From NCBI GenBank assembly GCA_005239895.1, contig SBBB01000022.1, positions 4,098 through 68,097 of the forward strand: DNA of 64,000 nucleotides, written 5' to 3'. Each line of letters starts with the position of its first letter. The stretch's first letter is position 1. A program made the position numbers and the translations under genes. This document shows, piece after piece, positions 48,679-58,168 of this stretch. Below the pieces are notes generated by a model. It made no database searches and was not told the origin of the DNA. It saw only the letters and a program-made list of their open reading frames with translations. This stretch comes from a bacterium. Lineage in GTDB: Bacteria; Patescibacteriota; Patescibacteriia; SBBB01.

Positions 48679-48845
48679 AGCTTGTAGCTGGTAGGGCGTA
48701 ATTGACAGTGTTTAATACCTAGTATTTATAGTTTAGGATTTAGGATTTAAGAATTCCTCCTTGAATTTTGAATTTTGAAAAAATTTATTCAACTAGGACT
48801 TGGAAGTTGAACCTCCAAGTCGTAAAAAGCTACCAGCTACAAGCT
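48679..48845. mobile_element. MITE-like element with perfect 16-bp terminal inverted repeats (AGCTTGTAGCTGGTAG ... CTACCAGCTACAAGCT), immediately upstream of murE
   Basis: Perfect inverted repeats 48679-48694 and 48830-48845. The interior contains a degenerate copy of the 30-nt palindrome (48798-48820). Confidence 0.5.
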
Positions 48846-48852
48846 AAAAGCT

Positions 48853-50091
48853 ATGTATTATATGTCTATTAAAAAACAAATTCGCAAATTTATCCCCGAG
48901 TGCGTTATTAATAATCTTTGGCATTTACCCAAAGCGGTTTTAATTGCTATACTTTTTAGCTTCCCCGGTCGTAAATTAACAGTTATTGGCGTTTGCGGTA
49001 CAAAAGGTAAAACTAGCACAGCTTATTTAATAACAAAAATCCTAAATTACGCTAAATATAAAACAGCCTTATTTTCAACTGCGGCTATATATTTGGATAA
49101 TAAAGAAACACCCAATCATTTAAAACTTACAACCGCGTCCGCATTGTTTTTACATAAATTTATTACTAAGGCTATTAAAACGAATACCAAATATTTAGTA
49201 CTAGAAGTGTCGTCGCACGCTTTAAAACAATATCGCACGTGGGGAATTCCAATCTCTTATGTAGTTCTAACTAATCTTATGTCCGATCACTTAGAATATC
49301 ATCACACCACAGCTGACTATCAAGACACCCATTTAGTTTTATTAAATAATGTCAATTTAAAACAGGCAATTTTAAATGGAGATGATCCAAATCTAGATCG
49401 GTATACAAAACTAAATTTTCCTAAAACTATATATCATAAAAATGATTCCTTGGATCAAAAATTACGAACGATTAATTTACCGCTTTTGGGTGAATTCAAT
49501 TTTTATAATGCTTTAGCTGCCAGCCACTTGGCTCTAAAATTAAATATTAATTTTGAAACCATTACAAAAGCCCTAGAAAACATCAATAATATTCCCGGGC
49601 GCTTAGAATTTGTTCAAAATCAACCTTTTAAAGTAATAGTTGATTATGCTCACTCAGTTGAATCTCTAAAAACTGTGCTACCAGTTGTGAAAAAAGTAGC
49701 CGAACGTAAAATTATTGTTGTTTTTGGAGCTTGCGGAGATCGCGATCCAAATCAACGACCTAAAATGGGAGAAGTTTTATCTGCATACGCAGATATTATT
49801 ATTATTACTAATGATGATCCTTTTACGGAAAACCCTGAAAATATAGCAAATATGGTTTTAAAAGGTATTAGCACTTCTAATAAATCTAACTTAGTGCAAG
49901 TTTTTAAAATTTTAGATCGTCAAGTCGCTATTGAAAAAGCCCTGTCTCTAGCTGAACCAAATGATATAGTTTTAATTTTGGGTAAAGGAGCTGAACAATG
50001 GCAGGTTTTTAAAGATAAAAAAATACCTTGGGATGACCGACAAATAACCAGGCAATTATTGCAAAAACTGAAAGTTGAAAGTAGTCAGTAA
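48853..50091 (+). CDS. murE: Mur ligase, MurE-like (UDP-N-acetylmuramoyl-tripeptide synthetase), short N-terminus
   Basis: GVCGTKGKTSTAYLI P-loop, LEVSSHAL..DHLEYH and DYAHSVESL (MurE-type motifs). Confidence 0.65.
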   Translation: MYYMSIKKQIRKFIPECVINNLWHLPKAVLIAILFSFPGRKLTVIGVCGTKGKTSTAYLITKILNYAKYKTALFSTAAIYLDNKETPNHLKLTTASALFLHKFITKAIKTNTKYLVLEVSSHALKQYRTWGIPISYVVLTNLMSDHLEYHHTTADYQDTHLVLLNNVNLKQAILNGDDPNLDRYTKLNFPKTIYHKNDSLDQKLRTINLPLLGEFNFYNALAASHLALKLNINFETITKALENINNIPGRLEFVQNQPFKVIVDYAHSVESLKTVLPVVKKVAERKIIVVFGACGDRDPNQRPKMGEVLSAYADIIIITNDDPFTENPENIANMVLKGISTSNKSNLVQVFKILDRQVAIEKALSLAEPNDIVLILGKGAEQWQVFKDKKIPWDDRQITRQLLQKLKVESSQ

Positions 50092-50137
50092 TTAATAATC
50101 AGTAACAAGTAATCAACTACAAGCTACAAGCTAATTC

Positions 50138-50947
50138 CTAACTCCTATACCTTTGATGCTCCGGACAAAAATAAGTTGAACGTTGACTAACCTTGATGCG
50201 CTGAATAATAGCTCCATCTTTAAAACATTTTTCACCAGTCCTCTGATACACTTTCCGTATACTATAATAGTCTCCACGTGTTCCATCTGGCAATCTATAA
50301 TCTTTGAAGCTTGTTCCGCGTTTTTTAATTGCTAATCGCAATACTGATTTTATAGCTCGGTGTAAATCCTGAATTTTATCCGAACTCAAATCACTACTTA
50401 AAGTTAAAGGATGGATATTAGCTGCCCACAAAATTTCATCCACGTAAATATTGCCTATTCCACTTATTAAACCTTGATCTAAAAGCAATATTTTAATAAT
50501 CTTGCGGCGCTGACCAATAATATTCTCAAAATCTGAATAAGAAACTGTCAAAGCGTCTGCACCTAATTCACCATCTTTTGATTGATTCGATTTTAAACGT
50601 ATTTTAGAAAATTTTCGAACATCGTGTAACCACAAATCACAGCCATCTTTAAAAAAAATTTTAAACCTAATATAAGATGAATCATTGGATTTAGGACTTA
50701 GTAATAATTTACCGCTCATTCCTAAATGAATCAAAATTGTATGCTTAGATAAAAATAAAACCACGTTCTTGCCCCAACGATCTACATTTTGCACACAACC
50801 ACCTTTAGCAATTAAGGCAATTTTTTTAAAATTTCTATGATCACTAAAAATACGATCTGTATTCGTCCAAATTCTATCAATAGTTTTGGAAACAATTCTG
50901 GATTTTAAAAACCTAACAATAGTTTCAATTTCTGGCAATTCAGGCAT
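50138..50947 (-). CDS. fpg: formamidopyrimidine-DNA glycosylase
   Basis: N-terminal MPELPEIE catalytic Pro/Glu, H2TH domain and C-terminal Cys4 zinc finger. Start at MPELPE; the ORF track begins at 50956. Confidence 0.85.
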   Translation of the reverse strand: MPELPEIETIVRFLKSRIVSKTIDRIWTNTDRIFSDHRNFKKIALIAKGGCVQNVDRWGKNVVLFLSKHTILIHLGMSGKLLLSPKSNDSSYIRFKIFFKDGCDLWLHDVRKFSKIRLKSNQSKDGELGADALTVSYSDFENIIGQRRKIIKILLLDQGLISGIGNIYVDEILWAANIHPLTLSSDLSSDKIQDLHRAIKSVLRLAIKKRGTSFKDYRLPDGTRGDYYSIRKVYQRTGEKCFKDGAIIQRIKVSQRSTYFCPEHQRYRS

Positions 50948-50973
50948 AAAAAACACGAGCTTTTTAGCTTTTT

Positions 50974-51306
50974 TTACGAAGATAATCGGCAGCGACGACC
51001 AGAACTCACTTCGGTTTTTACGCTATTCGGCGTAAATGGCACATTGTACAAACTGGATTTAGGTAAAGTACCATTGTTTCTTTCTTTTAGTTCCCTAGAT
51101 TTTCTAGTGGCTTCTAAATCATCTAAAATCATAAATTTACCCTGGTTTTCTCCAATCTCCGAACCAGCGCTTAGCCCAAACAACACACCAATTACAATAC
51201 CAAAGGTTATACCAATCGTAATAATGGACATACTATAAAACACCCGATTAAAATTTAAACATGGTTTTAACACTTCTAAATGTTTCTTAATATGATGAAT
51301 AGCCAT
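50974..51306 (-). CDS. small membrane protein (110 aa), hypothetical
   Basis: One TM helix; no motif. Confidence 0.35.
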   Translation of the reverse strand: MAIHHIKKHLEVLKPCLNFNRVFYSMSIITIGITFGIVIGVLFGLSAGSEIGENQGKFMILDDLEATRKSRELKERNNGTLPKSSLYNVPFTPNSVKTEVSSGRRCRLSS

Positions 51307-51463
51307 ATATTTTGGTAAATTAAATATATTAATAGTATATATTATACACTAATCTGGTAATGAAGACAATATTAATTGTCAATAAATCAGTATTTAGTTA
51401 TCACCAGGTTATATTACTTGATAGTTACTTAGTAGTTTCGCTACTAAATTGTTTCAAAAAAAC

Positions 51464-51491
51464 TAATGTTTAGGAGTTCAACTCCTAAACA
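51464..51491 (+). terminator. Hairpin TGTTTAGGAGTT-CAACTCCTAAACA (paralog of the 9580 terminator)
   Basis: 12-bp stem followed by GCCTTTTTA. Confidence 0.5.
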
Positions 51492-51516
51492 GCCTTTTTA
51501 ATCAAATGTAGTATTC

Positions 51517-51546
51517 AAATCTGGATTTACTTCTAACGGGGTTGAC
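51517..51546. mobile_element. Solo MITE terminus, copy E3 (TTCTAACGGGGTTGACAA)
   Basis: Matches the right ends of E1 and E2; as at 9580-9817 it lies downstream of the palindromic hairpin. Confidence 0.45.
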
Positions 51547-51615
51547 AATAACTACTATTTTATATACTATTTTTATACTATTTATATAGTATTTAAATAA
51601 CTAAAAACCTTTTCT

Positions 51616-52692
51616 ATGAAAGCTGTTATAACTGCGGGAGGCCGATCAACTCGCCTTAGACCCATTACAAATAATTTAAACAAACATTTAATTCCTATTG
51701 CTAATCAACCCATGATTTACTACGCCATAGAGAAAATAATACAGGCGGGCATAACAGATATTGGTATTATAGTTAACCCGGACCACAAAGATTTGTTTAA
51801 TATTTTAGGTTCAGGCTCTCGATGGAGTGCTAATTTTACTTATATAGTTCAGTCTGCTCCCCTGGGATTAGCTCATGCTTTAAAAATAACTAAACAATTT
51901 ACAAACAATGAACCTTTTATATTTTATTTAGGAGATAATTTAACCTCCATTGATTTAAAACCTCTAATCACTAAATTTCAAACCAACAAACTGAACAGCT
52001 TATTGGCTTTAACTAAGATTAAAGATCCTACGCGTTTTGGAGTTCCTGAAATTCATAATGATCGTATTATAAAAGTTGAAGAAAAACCACGAACTCCTAA
52101 AAGCGAATACGCTGTAACCGGAATTTATCTTTATGATAAAAATGTCTACGAAGCTTGCGATAACATTAAGCCATCTAGTCGCAATGAATTTGAAATTAGC
52201 GATATTCACACCTATTTAGCCGAACATGGCTATCAAGTTGGCTTTGAAATTATACAAGATTGGTGGAAAGATACAGGCACGTCCCATGATTTATTAGAGG
52301 GTAATCAATTCATCTTAGATAAATTTTTAGAAAATCATACTGACACGCAAATGTTAAATCTAAGTCCTAATACTATTATTCAGGGACGCGTAAAAATCTT
52401 AAGTGGCGCGCGCATGGACGGTAATGTTATTATTCGTGGACCAGTTGTGATTGGATATAACTGCAATATTTCTAATAGTTATATTGGTCCCTATACTTCC
52501 ATAGGTAATTCCAGCACCATAAATAATGCTGAAATTGAAAACTCTATTCTTTTTGATCAAGTATCTATAGGTGGTCCTATAAAAATTGTAAATAGTATTA
52601 TAGGCTACAATGCTCAAATTCTATCGTCCCAACACAACCTGCCATCGGGACATAAATTTATTATTGGAGAAAACAGTATTGTAGATTTTTAA
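51616..52692 (+). CDS. glucose-1-phosphate thymidylyltransferase-like sugar nucleotidyltransferase (long form with C-terminal left-handed beta-helix)
   Basis: MKAVITAGGRSTRLRPIT..NKHL N-terminus; hexapeptide repeats at the C-terminus. Confidence 0.75.
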   Translation: MKAVITAGGRSTRLRPITNNLNKHLIPIANQPMIYYAIEKIIQAGITDIGIIVNPDHKDLFNILGSGSRWSANFTYIVQSAPLGLAHALKITKQFTNNEPFIFYLGDNLTSIDLKPLITKFQTNKLNSLLALTKIKDPTRFGVPEIHNDRIIKVEEKPRTPKSEYAVTGIYLYDKNVYEACDNIKPSSRNEFEISDIHTYLAEHGYQVGFEIIQDWWKDTGTSHDLLEGNQFILDKFLENHTDTQMLNLSPNTIIQGRVKILSGARMDGNVIIRGPVVIGYNCNISNSYIGPYTSIGNSSTINNAEIENSILFDQVSIGGPIKIVNSIIGYNAQILSSQHNLPSGHKFIIGENSIVDF

Positions 52693-52702
52693 ATTCCGTA
52701 TT

Positions 52703-54589
52703 TTAAACTTGAATTAATACGGGCAATACCATGGGTCGGCGTTCAGTCTGAGTAAATAACCATTTACTAATATCCAAACGAATTTGATTTTTCATATCGT
52801 TTTCAAAGGTGGGTGAAGAAAGATTACAATCTTTGAACATCCTCTTAACGCGCATACGTGTTTTTTCAATAAGCTCTTTATTTTCTTTCAAAAAAATAAA
52901 TCCGCGAGATATAATATCGGGATTACCCAATAATTTCCCTGTACGAGTATCAAGTGTAACTATAATTACGAACATGCCATCTTCGGATAGCACGATCCTA
53001 TCTCTTAAAACTATACTACTAACATCTCCAACTCCAATTCCATCTACCATCACATAATCCGTTGGAACCTTAAGATGACTCATAGTCATATTTTGATTAG
53101 TATCAACCGCTACAATTTGACCATTATCAGGGATAAAAATATTCTCAGGTTTAACACCGGCTGTACTGGCTAATTCAGCGTGGGCTTGCAATAAAAAACG
53201 ATTGCCGTGAATGGGTATAAAATATTTAGGCTGCACTAATCTTAACATTAATTTAAGATCTTCTTGTTTAGCATGACCACCCGCGTGAACATCCATATTA
53301 GCGTAATGAATAATATGAGCTCCGTCTCTACAAAAACGATCTTTAATGGATTGAATAGAACGTTCATTTCCAGCAATTACGGAAGAAGAAAAAATAACTG
53401 TATCGCCTTTTTTAATGAATAAAAATCTATGTTCACCCATAGCCATTCGCATAAAAACAGCATATTTTTCGCCTTGAGCGCCAGTGCACACTACAATCAA
53501 TCGATTGTCTGGTAAATGCTTAAATTCTTCTTCTTCTATTAAAGTTCCGGGTTTAAATTTTAAATAGCCTAATTGATGACAAATCTCAACGGTTTTAATT
53601 AAACTTCTACCTTCTAATAAAATCTTACGATTATATTTTTCAGCAATATGTATAACTTGTTGAATACGGCTTAATAAAGATGAAAAAGTTGCCACAATTA
53701 CCCTGCCTTCGGCTTTGGAAATAATAGAATCCAATTCTTCTCCTACTCTTAATTCCGAGATTTGATTACCTGGTTTATCAGCCGAGGTGCTATCTGACAT
53801 TAATAATAAAACCTCACTACCTCCCCATAAGGCTATTTGTCTCAAATCAGCGGGGGTATCATTAACAGGAGTAAAATCAAACTTAAAATCTCCAGTGTGC
53901 AATATAGTTCCGCAAGGTGTGGTTAAAGCCACACCAAAACTGTCCGAGATATTATGATTAACATGAAAAGTTTGAAATATAAATGATCTGCCCAACGGTA
54001 ACCTAGCATCATTTTTATCTACTAATATAATATTCAATTTATCATTGCTGTTTAATGCAAATTCTTCATGTCTTTTTTGAATCAACGCCGCACTTAAAGG
54101 CGCAGTATAAATCGGAGGATTTCCTAATTTACCGATCAAATGTGGAATAGCTCCCATGTGATCATTGTGTCCATGAGTGATAATCACTCCTCTAATATTT
54201 TTTTCTTTTCCCTGTAAATATTTAATATTGGGAATAATATAATTAATACCAGGCGTGTTTTCTTCGGGAAATTGAAAACCCATATCAATTATAACAATGT
54301 CATCTTCATATTCTATAACCATCATATTTCTTCCAACTTCTTCTAAACCACCCAAGGGTATAATTTTTAATTTGTCATTAAATTCCGGTGGTAAAATAAT
54401 ATTTTGAAAACCGTTTTCTAAATTGGACGCTCCTTGCGAAATGTTCACGTTTCTTGGTCTACGCCCCCTAGAAGGTATATAACGGCTACTCTTTTTGTTC
54501 GACTCTGGTCTATAACCATCCGTTCTCTGCGCTGAATAATTTTCAACGTTTTTGTTACTTGATTTGTAACTTGTAATAAGATTACCCAT
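52703..54589 (-). CDS. rnj: ribonuclease J (MBL / beta-CASP), with an Arg/Ser-rich N-terminal extension
   Basis: VIITHGHNDHMG, beta-CASP motifs and the C-terminal domain. Start set at MGNLIT because the track ORF (to 54778) overlaps tRNA-Leu. Confidence 0.75.
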   Translation of the reverse strand: MGNLITSYKSSNKNVENYSAQRTDGYRPESNKKSSRYIPSRGRRPRNVNISQGASNLENGFQNIILPPEFNDKLKIIPLGGLEEVGRNMMVIEYEDDIVIIDMGFQFPEENTPGINYIIPNIKYLQGKEKNIRGVIITHGHNDHMGAIPHLIGKLGNPPIYTAPLSAALIQKRHEEFALNSNDKLNIILVDKNDARLPLGRSFIFQTFHVNHNISDSFGVALTTPCGTILHTGDFKFDFTPVNDTPADLRQIALWGGSEVLLLMSDSTSADKPGNQISELRVGEELDSIISKAEGRVIVATFSSLLSRIQQVIHIAEKYNRKILLEGRSLIKTVEICHQLGYLKFKPGTLIEEEEFKHLPDNRLIVVCTGAQGEKYAVFMRMAMGEHRFLFIKKGDTVIFSSSVIAGNERSIQSIKDRFCRDGAHIIHYANMDVHAGGHAKQEDLKLMLRLVQPKYFIPIHGNRFLLQAHAELASTAGVKPENIFIPDNGQIVAVDTNQNMTMSHLKVPTDYVMVDGIGVGDVSSIVLRDRIVLSEDGMFVIIVTLDTRTGKLLGNPDIISRGFIFLKENKELIEKTRMRVKRMFKDCNLSSPTFENDMKNQIRLDISKWLFTQTERRPMVLPVLIQV

Positions 54590-54748
54590 ATAAAAATAAA
54601 TTAACATCCTATCGAATGACAGGAAAAAATAAATTAAATGTAAATTAAAAAAAATTATATTTGTAGGGTTTTGGTTTTGTGAACTACGTATAGGATTCAT
54701 GGTGGCAAGTGTAAGACTACACTTGCCAACCAGATACAGTCCTGTATC

Positions 54749-54835
54749 TGGTGCCCTTGAGAGGACTCGAACCTCCACGAGATTGCTCTCATAGGCACCT
54801 GAAGCCTACGTGTCTGCCAATTTCACCACAAGGGC
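54749..54835 (-). tRNA. tRNA-Leu (anticodon CAG), long variable arm
   Basis: Minus strand: acceptor GCCCTTG/CAAGGGC, anticodon arm TAGGC-TTCAGGT-GCCTA, T-arm GGAGGTTCGAGTCCTCT, discriminator A, CCA encoded. Confidence 0.75.
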
Positions 54836-54844
54836 CTTTAATAA

Positions 54845-56614
54845 TTACTTTAACACACGCTTAACTTTAATATACCAATTTTCTATTTCTTCCAAACGTC
54901 CAGCTAAATTAACGACATTCTTTGTTTGTATATTCTGAACCTGCGAATTCACAATATATTGGCTGAAAGAATTATATAAAAAAACAGCTGGATATTCTTT
55001 GAACAACAATTCTTGAAACGCTAAATATTTCTTTCTTTGAATTTCAAAGTTATGTTCTCCACGAGCTTCTTCTAATAATTTATCAGCTTCGGGATTATTA
55101 AATAATGCTAAATTTAAACCTGGACTCTTGCGCTCTAAGGAATGCCAATAAGGGTAGGGATCAGGATCAGCCCCCAGTTGCTCAGCATACAATAAAGCAT
55201 CGTATTTGCGTGGCTCAATAACCTTATAATATATATCCTCAGTTGAATAAATATCTAATTTCACCTTTACTCCCAATTTTTCCCAATCTTCTTTTACAAA
55301 CATGGCAGCTTTAACATTTTCAGGATGATCAATCGTGACCAGAGTTAATTGCAGGGACTCAACAGCATTGTTAGAATTTTTTTTCTTAAAATAACCATCT
55401 TCTTTATACCATTTATTACTTACTAATATTTCCTCTGCTTTTTGAAAATTATACAAGTCTTTACCGTCTGTATTGGTTTGCACAAGCGTGCTATCTATTT
55501 TCTCTGGTATTACGATAGGGCCTCTAGATACAACCCCGTGATTATTTAAAACCATTTTAATAATTTTATTTCTATCCACGCTTAAAGACAAACTTTGACG
55601 TACCGCCAAATTATTCAAAAGCTGATTATTTAATCCATTGAAAAAAATGGCAGTATATTTGGGTATAACTAAATCATAAGTATTAAATTTTTTAAGATTC
55701 ACGTTAATAGCCTCATGTGGAGCTAGGGTTAAACTATCAATAACTCTACTACGCAAATTACCAACAGCTTCTTCGTGATTATCATAAAAAGAAAAAATAA
55801 TATTTTCTAACCAAGGAGCCTTATCAAAATATTTATCATTCTTCATAAGCGTGTAAGACTTAATCATTCCGGCTTTATCTTTATCCATAGATTTAAACTG
55901 AAATGGTCCCAAACCAACAGGTTTTAAATTAAACTCTGACAAGGGATTGATAGCAGTAGAAACATCTTTTAATAAATGTTTGGGAAGAATACCAATAGTT
56001 AAATTTTCTAAAAATGGTGTAAAAGATCTAGCAATTGTTAATTCTACTGTAAAATCATCTATGGTCTTCACTTGAACATCTTTCCAGGTATTATATAACA
56101 TGGGATTTAACTTTCTTAAATCTGGGTGTTGCATACTTTGGATAGTAAACAAAACATCTTCTGAACTAAACGATTTGCCATCTGGCCACACAACATCTTT
56201 TTTTAAAGATATTCTATAAACCTTACCATCTCCACTAATACTATGTTTATCAACCAAATCCGGCACAACTTTTAAATCTGAATTATACTTATATAAACCA
56301 CTGAAAATTAAAGCTACTAAATCTTGATCAACTGGATTCGAATGAGAAAACAAGGGATTAATATATTGAGGAGAACCAATTACGCCTTCTTTTAAAGTGC
56401 CACCTTCTGTGCCAGCCAACACTGTACGACTGTTATTGTCCTGCCACCTATGAACCATGATAAATACCAACGAAAAAAACATAACCACACCCAAAAAGCC
56501 AATTATTCTTTTTTCTTTCTGGGATAATACATCTAACAAAAATTTAGATTGTTTCAGGGTGGGAACTTTGGGGGTACGCAAAGAACGAATCAATTTTTGA
56601 TCTAAATGGTTCAT
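54845..56614 (-). CDS. ABC-transporter substrate-binding protein, family 5 (peptide/nickel, OppA/DppA-like), N-terminal TM anchor
   Basis: SBP_bac_5-like pattern across the length. Start taken at MNHLDQK; the ORF track extends to 56716. Confidence 0.6.
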   Translation of the reverse strand: MNHLDQKLIRSLRTPKVPTLKQSKFLLDVLSQKEKRIIGFLGVVMFFSLVFIMVHRWQDNNSRTVLAGTEGGTLKEGVIGSPQYINPLFSHSNPVDQDLVALIFSGLYKYNSDLKVVPDLVDKHSISGDGKVYRISLKKDVVWPDGKSFSSEDVLFTIQSMQHPDLRKLNPMLYNTWKDVQVKTIDDFTVELTIARSFTPFLENLTIGILPKHLLKDVSTAINPLSEFNLKPVGLGPFQFKSMDKDKAGMIKSYTLMKNDKYFDKAPWLENIIFSFYDNHEEAVGNLRSRVIDSLTLAPHEAINVNLKKFNTYDLVIPKYTAIFFNGLNNQLLNNLAVRQSLSLSVDRNKIIKMVLNNHGVVSRGPIVIPEKIDSTLVQTNTDGKDLYNFQKAEEILVSNKWYKEDGYFKKKNSNNAVESLQLTLVTIDHPENVKAAMFVKEDWEKLGVKVKLDIYSTEDIYYKVIEPRKYDALLYAEQLGADPDPYPYWHSLERKSPGLNLALFNNPEADKLLEEARGEHNFEIQRKKYLAFQELLFKEYPAVFLYNSFSQYIVNSQVQNIQTKNVVNLAGRLEEIENWYIKVKRVLK

Positions 56615-56799
56615 TTTATTATTTTGATATTTATATTTAATTTGATGATAATTCGTTAGGTCCTGGACCTTGTGAACTACATGTTTGAATAACTCAAACA
56701 ATTTGGAGAATAACACAAAAAATATTTATAAATGAAAATTTTGTAAATCGAATTATATTCCTAAAAAAGCGCGATGCATGCTTTGAAAAACTGCAAATG

Positions 56800-57018
56800 T
56801 TATTTTATTAGCACTAGAGACAAAGATAATCCTAAAAATATAATAGAAAATATAATGGTTAAAAAATGTAAAATTTTTTCAACTCCTCTTTTAGCACTAT
56901 AAAAATTAAATGACGAGCCAAAAGCGCTCCCTAAGCCACTTCCGCGGTTTTGTAACAAAACCATTGTAATTAATAGTATAGAAACAATAATTAAAGTATA
57001 CTGTATATATATTTTCAT
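56800..57018 (-). CDS. secG: preprotein translocase subunit SecG
   Basis: 72 aa; LLQNRGSGLGSAFGSS motif between two TM helices. Confidence 0.7.
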   Translation of the reverse strand: MKIYIQYTLIIVSILLITMVLLQNRGSGLGSAFGSSFNFYSAKRGVEKILHFLTIIFSIIFLGLSLSLVLIK

Positions 57019-57036
57019 AGAAAAACAACAATATAT

Positions 57037-57065
57037 ATCATACCATATATACTAAAATCTGTCAA
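57037..57065 (-). promoter_or_regulatory. Outward promoter TTGACA-17-TATGAT (minus strand) formed by the E4 terminus, upstream of secG
   Basis: The -35 TTGACA is the terminal hexamer of the repeat; spacing is 17. Confidence 0.5.
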
Positions 57066-57172
57066 CCCCGTTAGAGGTTATTGAGAGGTATTTTGCTTAT
57101 TTTAAATTGAATTATGACTATTTCCTTGTTTATTTATTAGTATCAAGTATGAACCTCTAAACGGGGTCAACC
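57059..57172. mobile_element. MITE-like repeat, copy E4 (TGTCAACCCCGTTAGAGG ... CCTCTAAACGGGGTCAACCCCG), inverted orientation
   Basis: ~18-bp terminal inverted repeats; the interior is homologous to 20535-20643. Confidence 0.55.
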
Positions 57173-57305
57173 CCGCTGTAGATTTGCAAGAGTCTAATCA
57201 TAATGCACAACTATAATGACAGGCGGTGCTTTAAATTCTTGAATTTAGATGATACTAATAATTTCACTGAATATACGTTTTCCAGGCTAGAAAACACTCA
57301 ACCTA

Positions 57306-57605
57306 TTAACGATAGGTTTCTTCTCTTCTTAAACCGCAATACTTAAGAATAAGAATTACTTTTTTCTCATCAATATCATAGCGAAAACGAAACCTGCCCA
57401 TACGTAAACGCCATTGCCCTTCATCCGATAGATCCACTTCCTTTAATTTCTTAATTGAATATTGACGAGTTATATTGTATGAATCTTGAGCAAGAATTTC
57501 CATCGCTTGAGAGTAGTAATCAACAAAAATCGCAGATTGTTTTTGGAGCTTGCGGGCAAGGCGATCAAAATAAGAAGTGGTAAAAACAGAAAAATCGGAT
57601 ATCAT
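57306..57605 (-). CDS. type II toxin, RelE/ParE family
   Basis: 99 aa; C-terminal WRLRMGRFRFRYDIDEKKVILILKYCGLRRE matches the RelE/ParE core. Confidence 0.65.
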   Translation of the reverse strand: MISDFSVFTTSYFDRLARKLQKQSAIFVDYYSQAMEILAQDSYNITRQYSIKKLKEVDLSDEGQWRLRMGRFRFRYDIDEKKVILILKYCGLRREETYR

Positions 57606-57629
57606 ATTTTAAGGTGTAGCATTACTTTT

Positions 57630-57905
57630 TTACTTTTTTACTTTTTTAAGTTCGGACCGTAACGCCTGAGCTGGACGAATTTTACCAGCCAAATATTCTT
57701 TAGTGCTTTGTTTAATATATTTGCTAACTTCTGGATTTTGTAACTCCAAATAATCTTCAAGCTCGTCAATATCTATCAGGCCAGCTATAGGAATACCGTC
57801 TTTTTCTAAAATAAAACACTCCTTCCCAAGATGAACCCTTTTAACCAACGCCCCTAAATTAATTCTAGCCTTAGTAATGGGAATGGATTGAATTTGATAA
57901 CTCAT
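57630..57905 (-). CDS. type II antitoxin, Phd/YefM family
   Basis: 91 aa; Phd/YefM-like N-terminus (..PITKARINLGALVKRV...ILEKDGIPIAGLIDIDELE); lies upstream of and is co-oriented with the toxin. Confidence 0.65.
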   Translation of the reverse strand: MSYQIQSIPITKARINLGALVKRVHLGKECFILEKDGIPIAGLIDIDELEDYLELQNPEVSKYIKQSTKEYLAGKIRPAQALRSELKKVKK

Positions 57906-58006
57906 ATTTTTAATTGATTAACATTAAGTAATATTAATTAATCTTAACCTAATAAATAAAATCTGTCAATGTTTCCTGTCATTCATATACAAATTATTAA
58001 CCTAAT

Positions 58007-58036
58007 CAATGCTTGGTGATCGGAGTACAAAACATT
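58007..58036. repeat. Palindrome AATGCTTGGTGATCGGAGTACAAAACATT (relative of 20663-20690)
   Basis: Shares ATGyTTGGTGATCGGA...AAACAT with the 20663 hairpin. Confidence 0.5.
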
Positions 58037-58168
58037 GAAAATATTTTAACAAAACGTGATGCGTTACGACTTGAATTCAGCATGACATGCACATCCTTGA
58101 CATTTAGTATAAATTTGATTATGGTAATAAAGTCATATAGTCATTAAACAATTTTATAGGAGAACAAG

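Noticed and set aside
54590-54778. Long N-terminal extension of the RNase J ORF
   Set aside because: It overlaps the tRNA-Leu gene on the same strand, so the start was moved internally.
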